A DNA stretch of 25,062 bases from an uncultured archaeon (GTDB lineage Archaea; Iainarchaeota; Iainarchaeia; Iainarchaeales; CSSED10-239): contig CAYXWT010000007.1 of NCBI GenBank assembly GCA_964468895.1, positions 1 to 25,062 of the forward strand. Direction: 5' to 3'. The first letter of the stretch is position 1. Each line of letters opens with the position of its first letter. Shown piece after piece: positions 1 to 7,396 of this stretch. The position numbers and the translations under genes are program-made. The notes below the pieces were generated by a model, which was given only the letters and a program-made list of their open reading frames with translations, was not told the DNA's origin and searched no databases.

Positions 1-1
1 G

Positions 2-1156
2 ATCATATTCTAAATTAACTGTACTTTTACTTAATGATATATTAAAATTTATTTCTGGTTCTATTAAATTAAGTTCAATATCTTCTGTATGTGGTTGATC
101 TAAACTACTACTTGTAATAATAAATTGTCCAATAAGTATTTCTGGTTTAGCATTATTGGGTATAGATACTTGTATAGTTCCACTTTCTTTACTTTTAGGT
201 TCTACTGATTTATAATTTTGAGGTATACTAAACCAAGTGTTACAGTCTGGGTTTAGTGTACTATCTATATCTAAATTAAATTTTAGATCATTGATAGTAA
301 GATTATTTCCTGAATTATTAATTTCATAAGTTATAGTGTAGTTATTTGTTTTTGTAATTTCATAATCTCCTTCTAAATTAGTAAAATTAAATTTTATTAT
401 AGGTTTTTTTACAATTGTAAACTCTTTTTTTAATTTAGTATCTTTATTTTTAAATTTTATTCTAGGTAATATGTTATATTCTCCTTCTTCAATGTCACTT
501 GGAACTTTAAATTCTATAAATACTGCTTTTTCTTTTTGAGGATAAAATGTTACTTTATCTAGTATATTGCTATGGATATCTTTATATTTGTAAACCCAAT
601 CTTCTACATCTTCTTCAAAAATAATATAATTAGAATCATAAGTTTCATTTGGACTATTGTTTTCAACTTCTAATTTAACGGTTATGCTTTGTCCACTAAA
701 TATTTGTTCAGGAAAGGTGATAGAATTAATTTTTAATTTTAGATTCTTTTCAAGAGTAACTGGTTCAATAGTAAATTCAGAATCATCTAAATCATAGTTT
801 TCTGTTTGTGGATTATAACCACTAGCTCTTATTTTAACATTATAATTTCCTTTTTTTAATTTTATTTCTTCATCTAAACTAAAATTTTGTGAATCTATAG
901 ATCCTTCTTTAGTAAATGAAATTGTAGATATAGCAAAAATATCTGTTCCTTCTGTGTTTTTCACACTTACATCTACTATGCAACTATTAAAAAACACAAA
1001 TTTTACAATTATAAATAGTATTATTCCTATAATTAGTATTGGTAAGGCTTGTTTTATATATTTTGTATAATCTGTTTTTTTTTTATTTCCATAATTATAA
1101 TTGGAATAAGATCCTGAATTGGAACTTCCACCTGAAAATGGGTCATATCCTGCCAT
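2..1156 (-). CDS. Partial (C-terminus beyond window edge) membrane-anchored surface protein with repeated beta-sandwich (CARDB/adhesin-like) modules
   Basis: Not in the supplied ORF track because it runs off the window edge. My hand translation of the minus strand from the ATG at 1156 stays open for 385 codons to position 2. It reads MAGYDPFSGGSSNSGSYSNYNYGNKKKTDYTKYIKQALPILIIGIILFIIVKFVFF..., i.e. a G/S/N/Y-rich tail and one hydrophobic TM helix. After that come ~100-aa modules with recurring strand-like patterns (ITVKLEVENNS, TITYEINNSGNN, EGEYNILPRI, SGTIQVSIP). Confidence 0.6.
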   Translation of the reverse strand, partial: MAGYDPFSGGSSNSGSYSNYNYGNKKKTDYTKYIKQALPILIIGIILFIIVKFVFFNSCIVDVSVKNTEGTDIFAISTISFTKEGSIDSQNFSLDEEIKLKKGNYNVKIRASGYNPQTENYDLDDSEFTIEPVTLEKNLKLKINSITFPEQIFSGQSITVKLEVENNSPNETYDSNYIIFEEDVEDWVYKYKDIHSNILDKVTFYPQKEKAVFIEFKVPSDIEEGEYNILPRIKFKNKDTKLKKEFTIVKKPIIKFNFTNLEGDYEITKTNNYTITYEINNSGNNLTINDLKFNLDIDSTLNPDCNTWFSIPQNYKSVEPKSKESGTIQVSIPNNAKPEILIGQFIITSSSLDQPHTEDIELNLIEPEINFNISLSKSTVNLEYD

Positions 1157-1183
1157 AATATCACAATTTTTAAATATTTTTAT

Positions 1184-2500
1184 TTATTTTATAATTTCCC
1201 AATACCCTGCTTTAGTACTACCTTTTCTTTTAATTTTTTGATTATTTTTTAATTTATTTAGATTATATTTTACACCTTCAGATGTTAAATGTCCTAGTTT
1301 TTCACTTAGTTCTTTTCTAGTTATTTTTGGATTTCCTTTAATTAATTTTAATATTTCTTGGGTAGTTTCTTGGGTAGTTTCTTGGGTAGTTTCTTGGGTA
1401 GTTTTTCTATAGAATATTATTGTATACCAGTCATCGTTAACTTCAAATTTAAGTTTAAGGTTATATTCTTTCATTAATGATTTCATTCTTTTTATACCTG
1501 AGCCAATTTTTTCTATTAAATTGATTCTTAGTAAAATATCTGCTAGTAATGGGTTTCTATATACACTTCTTTTACCTAAATCTTTTTTAGTTAAACCTTT
1601 TACTAATCCACCAGCATTTGTAATTTCTATTCTATTATTATAAATTCCAATTTGTATGTTTGAATCTATGAAATAATCTCTATGAACTATTGCATTTATT
1701 ATTGCTTCTCTAAGTGCTTCTTTTGGAAGTTCTAATTTATTTGTCCTTTTACTTCCTTTTATAATATAGTTTGTATTTAATTTAGAATAAATATATTCTA
1801 AAGCTTTATTATAATTTGTATTTATATCTTCACAAAAATCTTTTCTGTCTAAAATAATTACTTTATCTAATCCTTGGTATAAAACACAAGTAATTGTTGC
1901 TTCTCTAATGTATTTTTTAATATTGTTTGTAAATAGTAGAACTCCTGCATTTTTAAGATGATTATTTTCTAATAGGTCTATATTAGTTAAGATGTTTTTT
2001 TTACTAATATTCTTAGTAATATTTGCTTTTGTTATAAATTCAGTAAATAATTTATTATTAATATCTTTTGGATATTTAAAATTGTAATTTATTTTATTAT
2101 CAAATTTTATTAAACCATCTTTCTGAAAAAATTCTAATAATTCTTTTTTGTTCATCTTTTGAGAATTACTACCTTGTCGTAGATAAAATTTACCTTTTAC
2201 TGAATAGGGTTTATTTGTACCACAAGGTACTGAGATTATTAAAATATCTTTATTTGTGTTGTTTATTTCTATATTAAAAGTAGGATCCATATTTCTAGAA
2301 ATATTTTGTATTTCTGACTTTATTTTGTTATTTATTTTAAAACCTATGACTTTACCTATATCTGTAATTCCTACATATATTTTACCACCATCAGAATTAG
2401 CAAATGCACAAATATCTTTGTCAATATTATTCAAGCTTTCTTTAAATTCTATTGTGTAGCCTTCTCCAATAGCAATTAAATCATTTATTTTCGAATTCAT
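1184..2500 (-). CDS. AlbA_2 (Schlafen-like) + HATPase_c_4-like + C-terminal wHTH protein (COG2865-type putative regulator/ATP-binding protein)
   Basis: 438-aa ORF. The N-terminus IAIGEGYTIEFKES...ICAFANSDGGKIYVGI matches the AlbA_2 signature. The middle has REAIINAIVHRDY...IEITNAGGL and RNPLLADILLRINLIEKIGSGIKRM. The C-terminus ILKLIKGNPKITRKELSEKLG..GVKYNLNKLK looks like a winged helix. Confidence 0.75.
   Translation of the reverse strand: MNSKINDLIAIGEGYTIEFKESLNNIDKDICAFANSDGGKIYVGITDIGKVIGFKINNKIKSEIQNISRNMDPTFNIEINNTNKDILIISVPCGTNKPYSVKGKFYLRQGSNSQKMNKKELLEFFQKDGLIKFDNKINYNFKYPKDINNKLFTEFITKANITKNISKKNILTNIDLLENNHLKNAGVLLFTNNIKKYIREATITCVLYQGLDKVIILDRKDFCEDINTNYNKALEYIYSKLNTNYIIKGSKRTNKLELPKEALREAIINAIVHRDYFIDSNIQIGIYNNRIEITNAGGLVKGLTKKDLGKRSVYRNPLLADILLRINLIEKIGSGIKRMKSLMKEYNLKLKFEVNDDWYTIIFYRKTTQETTQETTQETTQEILKLIKGNPKITRKELSEKLGHLTSEGVKYNLNKLKNNQKIKRKGSTKAGYWEIIK
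1354..1401. repeat. Perfect 12-bp tandem repeat x4 (tttcttgggtag), in frame, encoding (TTQE)x4
   Basis: Four identical consecutive 12-mers read directly from the sequence. They lie in the linker between the ATPase-like body and the C-terminal wHTH of the 1184..2500 ORF. Confidence 0.95.
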
Positions 2501-2523
2501 GTTTTTTTAGAATGTTTAATATT

Positions 2524-3357
2524 TTATTTTTCAAATTTTTTACTTAATAAATATCTTGCTGCCAATAATTCATCTTTAAGTTCTCTAATTAATTCTAAAG
2601 ATATTTGTTCTTTTTCTATATTTCTTGCTTCAAGATGTTTAAGATCATTATTTAGATTTCTAATGTGTCTATATAGAGAATCTAATTCTCGTTCAACATT
2701 TATAACATGTAATTTTAATATAGTAAGATCTTGTTCACTAGCTTTACTTCTTTTAAGTAATTGTTCTTCAAGTTCACTTAATTTAGATGATTTTGCTTTT
2801 TCTTTACTTTCTATTATACTAAGCTCATCTACTTTTTTATTTAATTCTATTATTTTTTCATCTTTTTGATCTAATATTTTAAGTAATTCTTCATTACCTT
2901 TCTTTTGTGTATTTATATCTTGATATTTATATTTCAAATTATTTTTTATGTGTTCAAGATGATCTTGAAATAAGTTAATTATGTTTTTAACATTTTCTTC
3001 AATATTAAAATAGGTTTCTGGTTTAGTTATTTCTTCTTTAATTTTTATAAGATCAGAATTTATTTCATTTTTATTTTTCTCTAAAACTATTTGTCTATTG
3101 ATTTTACTACTTATACTTAAAAATTCTTCAGAAAATAGTTTTAACTTATTTACATCTAATTCTCTAGAATATTGTAAATTTGTTTTTCTAATAGTTTCAT
3201 ATATTTCTTGAGATAAAAGTTTAAGTGCATTTTCTATTTTTACTAGGCTTTCTATACATTCTTGTTTTGGTAATTTATAAATTGCATAATTAAATATATT
3301 ATATGTTTTTTTACTTATATTTTCTAAATTATTTATATTTTCTAATAGTACATTCAT
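2524..3357 (-). CDS. Coiled-coil protein of unknown function
   Basis: The track ORF 2524..3369 begins at a TTG. The first ATG (MNVLLENINN...) is at 3357. The protein is rich in E/K/L/N heptad-like stretches (LSELEEQLLKRSKASEQDLTILKLHVINVERELDSLYRHIRNLNNDLKHLE). I see no catalytic motifs. It lies 23 nt upstream of the AlbA_2 gene on the same strand. Confidence 0.55.
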   Translation of the reverse strand: MNVLLENINNLENISKKTYNIFNYAIYKLPKQECIESLVKIENALKLLSQEIYETIRKTNLQYSRELDVNKLKLFSEEFLSISSKINRQIVLEKNKNEINSDLIKIKEEITKPETYFNIEENVKNIINLFQDHLEHIKNNLKYKYQDINTQKKGNEELLKILDQKDEKIIELNKKVDELSIIESKEKAKSSKLSELEEQLLKRSKASEQDLTILKLHVINVERELDSLYRHIRNLNNDLKHLEARNIEKEQISLELIRELKDELLAARYLLSKKFEK

Positions 3358-3468
3358 AATTATAACCAAAATATTTTTATTTTTAAAAATTTATCCAATA
3401 TATATATTAGACAAATATTATTTAAACTTGATTGTTATTAATATATATTAGTTTTAATTTATAAATCA

Positions 3469-3475
3469 GAGGTGA
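3469..3475 (+). promoter_or_regulatory. Shine-Dalgarno GAGGTGA for rbr
   Basis: GAGGTGA sits 9 nt upstream of the ATG at 3485. It is complementary to the conserved 3' end of 16S rRNA (..UCACCUCC). Confidence 0.6.
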
Positions 3476-3484
3476 ATTTAAGTT

Positions 3485-4072
3485 ATGGAAAAAACAATTA
3501 TAAATCTTGCAAAAGCATATGTTGGAGAATGTCAGGCCAGAAATAGATATACTTTTTATTCTAAAATTGCAAAAAAAGAAGGTTATGAACAAATTGCAGA
3601 TATTTTCTTACAAACAGCTGAACAAGAAAAAGAACATGCTAAGTGGTTATTTAGATTAATTAACAATTTAAAAAAAGAAGGTAATTCAGATGTTTTTGAA
3701 GAACTTAAAATAGAAGCAGAAGTACCTATAATCTATAAAGATACTATTAGTAATTTAAAAGCAGCTGCTTCAGGAGAACACTATGAAAATATTACTATGT
3801 ATCCTGAATTTGCAAAAATTGCAGATGAAGAAGGTTTAAGTGATATTGCCAAAAGATTAAGATCTATTGCTATAGCTGAAAAACATCATGAACAAAGATA
3901 CTTGAAATTATTAAAAGAAGTTGAAAACAATTCTGTATTTAAAAAAGCAGATAAAATATATTGGGTTTGTAGGAAATGTGGTTATGTTTGTGAAGGACTT
4001 GAACCTGTTGAAGAATGCCCATCATGTAATCATCCTAAAAATTACTTTGAAAGACAATGTGAAGAATATTAA
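3485..4072 (+). CDS. rbr: Rubrerythrin
   Basis: The ferritin-like four-helix diiron domain has two ExxH motifs (EQEKEHA, AEKHHE). It is followed by a C-terminal rubredoxin-like CxxC...CxxC (WVCRKCGYVCEG...CPSCNHPK). Confidence 0.9.
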   Translation: MEKTIINLAKAYVGECQARNRYTFYSKIAKKEGYEQIADIFLQTAEQEKEHAKWLFRLINNLKKEGNSDVFEELKIEAEVPIIYKDTISNLKAAASGEHYENITMYPEFAKIADEEGLSDIAKRLRSIAIAEKHHEQRYLKLLKEVENNSVFKKADKIYWVCRKCGYVCEGLEPVEECPSCNHPKNYFERQCEEY

Positions 4073-4136
4073 TTTCTATTTTTCACACCTTGTATTACAA
4101 TGTAACACATATAAACTTTTTGATTAATATATATTT

Positions 4137-4649
4137 ATGAATTATAGTACTAAAAAATCTTTAGCAGTATTAGACACTTCATTTTATATTCATTTAGTTA
4201 AAATTGATTTAATAGATATTTTTTTAAATTTCTATAAAATTATTGTTTGTTCAAAAGTTAAAGAAGAAATTACTTATTTTATATATAGAGATTTGTATCT
4301 TCCAAAGGATATAGAATTATTTTTAAAATTTGAAAAATCAGATATTATAAGAATTGAAAATCCAACTAAAATTTCTAAAAGTTTAATTAGCGAAATTTCT
4401 AATGATTCTGGAGAGATGTATGCTATAGCTTTAGCTCAAGAAAAAAATAGCATTGTTTTTATAGATAATGGAAGACCATATAAGTATTGTTTAAAAAATA
4501 AAATATTGTGTTCTAATATTGTTGAATTTTTATTATATTTATATACAAATAGAATTATTACTAAAAGAGAAATTTTAAATAAAATTAAAATAATAGAAAA
4601 TACCTTGCCAAAAGAATATTTATTAGAAATATATTCTAAAATGGAGTAG
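4137..4649 (+). CDS. PIN-like nucleic-acid-binding protein, DUF3368-type (putative toxin)
   Basis: N-terminal AVLDTSFYIHLVKIDLIDIF has the acidic residue at the strand end typical of PIN domains. The central SGEMYAIALAQEKNSIVFIDNGRPYKYC matches the GE..aI.LA.e....l.DD..aR pattern of DUF3368. It is adjacent to a UPF0175-like gene. Confidence 0.6.
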   Translation: MNYSTKKSLAVLDTSFYIHLVKIDLIDIFLNFYKIIVCSKVKEEITYFIYRDLYLPKDIELFLKFEKSDIIRIENPTKISKSLISEISNDSGEMYAIALAQEKNSIVFIDNGRPYKYCLKNKILCSNIVEFLLYLYTNRIITKREILNKIKIIENTLPKEYLLEIYSKME

Positions 4650-4655
4650 AATTTT

Positions 4656-5021
4656 ATGTCTTCAAAAAAATCTGAAATTATGAAAGTTAAAACTTTAAGA
4701 TTAAAAGATTCAGTTTCATCACTTATAACTATCATTGCTAAAGAAAAGAACTTAAGTGACTCTGAATATATTAGATCTTTAGTAGAAAAGGATATTTTTA
4801 AGTTTAAAATTAATAAAGCAATTAATGCTTATAAAAAAAGAGAAATTAACATATCTAAAGGTGCTGAAATTATAGGTGTTTCTTATAGAGAATTCTTAGA
4901 TATACTTGAAGAAAGAGCAGTTCCCTTAAATATGGATAATTTTCCTATAGACTATGGATTAGCATCTATTGAAAAATCATTAAGCCCAACAGTGAAAAAT
5001 AAAATTAAAAAAAATAAGTAA
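4656..5021 (+). CDS. UPF0175-like small HTH protein (putative antitoxin)
   Basis: AINAYKKREINISKGAEIIGVSYREFLDILEERAVPLNMD matches the UPF0175 core (a..lY..g.lSlg.AAelaG.s..eF...L...gip). It starts 6 nt after the PIN-like gene. Confidence 0.55.
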   Translation: MSSKKSEIMKVKTLRLKDSVSSLITIIAKEKNLSDSEYIRSLVEKDIFKFKINKAINAYKKREINISKGAEIIGVSYREFLDILEERAVPLNMDNFPIDYGLASIEKSLSPTVKNKIKKNK

Positions 5022-5028
5022 GGAGTGG
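5021..5028 (+). promoter_or_regulatory. Shine-Dalgarno AGGAGTGG for dfx (TTG start)
   Basis: AGGAGTGG sits 6 nt upstream of the TTG at 5035. It overlaps the stop codon of the upstream UPF0175-like gene. Confidence 0.55.
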
Positions 5029-5034
5029 TTTTTT

Positions 5035-5433
5035 TTGACAGAAAAAGAACAAATTTACAAATGTGAAGTTTGTGGAAATATTGTTGAAGTATTACATAAT
5101 GGTGTTGGAGAACTTGTTTGCTGTGGAAAAAATATGGTTTTACAAAATGATAATGTGGTTGATGCAAGTTTAGAAAAACATGTTCCAGTTGTGGAAAGAA
5201 TTGGAGATAATATTTTTAAAGTTACTGTAGGTGCAATAAATCATCCTATGGAAGAAAATCATTATATAGAATGGATTGAAGTAATTGCAGATAATAAAGT
5301 TTATAAAAAATATTTAAAAGCATGTGATAAATCTCAAGCAATTTTTAAAATTGTTTGTGAAGAATTAACAGCAAGGGCTTATTGTAATAAACATGGTCTT
5401 TGGAAAATAAAGGTTAATTCTAGTAATTGGTAG
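5035..5433 (+). CDS. dfx: Desulfoferrodoxin (2Fe superoxide reductase)
   Basis: The N-terminal desulforedoxin centre is YKCEVCGNIVEVLHNG..LVCCG. The C-terminal neelaredoxin centre has EKHVP, INHPMEENHYIEW and CNKHG ligands. The start is TTG with a good SD. Confidence 0.9.
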   Translation: MTEKEQIYKCEVCGNIVEVLHNGVGELVCCGKNMVLQNDNVVDASLEKHVPVVERIGDNIFKVTVGAINHPMEENHYIEWIEVIADNKVYKKYLKACDKSQAIFKIVCEELTARAYCNKHGLWKIKVNSSNW

Positions 5434-5472
5434 AAATATATAACTAATCTATTTTAAAATTAGTTTTTAATT

Positions 5473-6111
5473 ATGAGTAAAGATAAATTAATACAAGATA
5501 TATTTAATCTTAAAAATAATTCTGTATTTAATAGTAAAATTCAAAAAAAATTGAATTCTTTTTCTAAATTTAAAAATAAAAATAAGAATTCTATTTTTAA
5601 AGAACTTTGTTTTTGTTTATTAACTGCTAATTTTAATGCAAAAAGAGCTGTTTATATTCAAGAAGAAATAAATAATGGTTTTATTAATTATTCTAAAAAT
5701 AAATTAAATACTGAACTAAAAAGATTAGGTCATAGATTTCCTAATGTTAGAACTAATTTTATAATGGAAGCTAGAAAATATAGTAAGACTATAAAAACTA
5801 TTATTAATTCTTTTGATGATAAATTTGAACTTAGAGAATGGCTTGTAAAAAACATTAAAGGATTAGGTTACAAAGAAAGTAGTCACTTTTTAAGAAATAT
5901 AGGTTATTTTGATTTTGCTATATTAGATTTCCATATTGTTGATATTTTATTTGATAATAAAATAATAACTGTAAAACCTAGAACATTTAATAAAAAGAAT
6001 TATTTAAATTTAGAACACAAACTTAATTATTTTTGCAAAAAAATAAATGTTTCTCAAGGAGAATTAGATTTATATTTGTGGTATTTAGAAACAAATACTA
6101 TTTTTAAATAA
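5473..6111 (+). CDS. ogg: N-glycosylase/DNA lyase, archaeal Ogg (Ogg2-type 8-oxoguanine DNA glycosylase)
   Basis: HhH-GPD signature: ELCFCLLTANFNAKRA, then IKGLGYKESSHFLRNIGYFDFAILDFHIV, containing the catalytic Lys (GYKES) and Asp (ILDFH). Confidence 0.8.
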   Translation: MSKDKLIQDIFNLKNNSVFNSKIQKKLNSFSKFKNKNKNSIFKELCFCLLTANFNAKRAVYIQEEINNGFINYSKNKLNTELKRLGHRFPNVRTNFIMEARKYSKTIKTIINSFDDKFELREWLVKNIKGLGYKESSHFLRNIGYFDFAILDFHIVDILFDNKIITVKPRTFNKKNYLNLEHKLNYFCKKINVSQGELDLYLWYLETNTIFK

Positions 6112-7128
6112 TTATATTATTTCTAAAACATCTAGTTCTTTACAAATACAAGTGTTATTTATGATTTGTGATATTGAAGGAATAGTTCTATTTTCATCAG
6201 ACGATATTAATTCTTTAATATAAAGGCCACCATCTGCAATAAATGTTATCTTAAATTCTAAATTATTAATTTTATTAATTTCAACTATAGAGCATTTTCT
6301 AGTTCTAATAATATTTGCTCTTCTTTTCATTACTCTTAATGGTGTTTGTTGTTTTATTTCTAATTCTTTATTTAGGATTTTTTCTAAATTATTTAAATCA
6401 CATTGTTTTTCACAACTTACTTTTGCAAGGTATTTTTTTTTGTGTTCTGTATTTTTTATTTCTACAATTTCTTTTTTATTACTAAATCTTAAATCTTTTA
6501 TTTCTAAAATATCTTTATTATTAATTAAACTTATTATTTTATTAAATTGTTCTTGTGTTTTAGTTCTTATTTTACTATTTATTAATTCTATTACAAATGG
6601 TCTTCCATTTCCAAGCATTCTAACATCTATATCTTCTCTTCCACAACCATGGAATTTATTATCTTGAGCTTCAAATTCTTTTTGGAAAATTGGTGTTAAT
6701 ATTTCTTGAACTGAAGTAGAAGATATTTTGCCGGTATTATTACAAAAAGGACAACCTCTGCCTTTACATTGAAAACAATAATGTATTGTTTGTGGAAGAT
6801 TTCTACTGTGTTTAATATATCTTCCGTAAATATAAACTGGTCTTAAACTTAATTCAATTTTGTCTCTAGTAAAATCAATAATGATTTCTATATCTGCAAA
6901 ATCATTTTGCCTTTTTATATTTCCTTCTTTTTCAATTTCTAAAATTAGTTGCTTTTGAAAATTTAGTTTAATTTCTATCTTTTCTTCTTCAGGTATATTT
7001 TTATCTAATGTTAGACCTAGATTAAAAGTATTTATTTCTATTTTCTTTTCTTTAATATAATTACATATTAAATTAGATAAATAAGTTTTGTCCTTTTTTT
7101 TTATATAGTCAAATTTTATTTTAAACAT
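6112..7128 (-). CDS. pus10: tRNA pseudouridine synthase Pus10 (short form)
   Basis: Catalytic block GCGREDIDVRMLGNGRPFVIEL, plus TPLRVMKRRANIIRTRK and GGLYIKELISSDENRTIPS. A Cys cluster CFQCKGRGCPFCNNTGK is present. At 338 aa it appears shorter than the archaeal Pus10 proteins I recall. Confidence 0.8.
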   Translation of the reverse strand: MFKIKFDYIKKKDKTYLSNLICNYIKEKKIEINTFNLGLTLDKNIPEEEKIEIKLNFQKQLILEIEKEGNIKRQNDFADIEIIIDFTRDKIELSLRPVYIYGRYIKHSRNLPQTIHYCFQCKGRGCPFCNNTGKISSTSVQEILTPIFQKEFEAQDNKFHGCGREDIDVRMLGNGRPFVIELINSKIRTKTQEQFNKIISLINNKDILEIKDLRFSNKKEIVEIKNTEHKKKYLAKVSCEKQCDLNNLEKILNKELEIKQQTPLRVMKRRANIIRTRKCSIVEINKINNLEFKITFIADGGLYIKELISSDENRTIPSISQIINNTCICKELDVLEII

Positions 7129-7168
7129 TTGTATCAGTAATTTTTACATTATTATAAAACCAGTAATA

Positions 7169-7250
7169 TGCAGAGTGCAGGATTCGAACCTGCGAAGCAC
7201 TAAGCACTAGGTCCTAAACCTAGCCCCTTTGACCGCTCGGGAAACCCTGC
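7169..7250 (-). tRNA. tRNA-Leu (anticodon UAG), class II with long variable region
   Basis: The reverse complement folds by hand as GCAGGGT-TT-CCC-GAGCGGTCAAA-GGG-G-CTAGG-TTTAGGA-CCTAG-TGCTTAGTGCTTC-GCAGG-TTCGAAT-CCTGC-ACTCTGC-A. It has a 7-bp acceptor stem (one G-U), a T-loop TTCGAAT, and no encoded CCA. The variable-arm pairing is weak. Confidence 0.85.
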
Positions 7251-7396
7251 GATATTATCAAAACAATATGATTTATAAAATAGAAATCTTTAATAAATTG
7301 TATTGTGTTTATATATATTATAAAGTGGAAATATATTTATAAATGAACTTATATTGTATAATTTCAAATATAATTAATTAAATATGGTGTTTTTTT

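Noticed and set aside
2256-2869. Track ORFs 2256..2459(+) and 2663..2869(+).
   Set aside because: Both lie entirely antisense within the much longer, motif-bearing minus-strand genes. Their products are low-complexity I/L/F/S-rich, typical of shadow ORFs in AT-rich DNA.
3921-5167. Track ORFs 3921..4127(+), 4436..4735(-) and 4952..5167(-).
   Set aside because: They are out-of-frame or antisense overlaps of rbr, the PIN-like/UPF0175-like pair and dfx. They have no motifs or SD, so I treat them as shadow ORFs.
6440-6667. Track ORF 6440..6667(+).
   Set aside because: It is antisense inside pus10 and hydrophobic low-complexity, so a shadow ORF.
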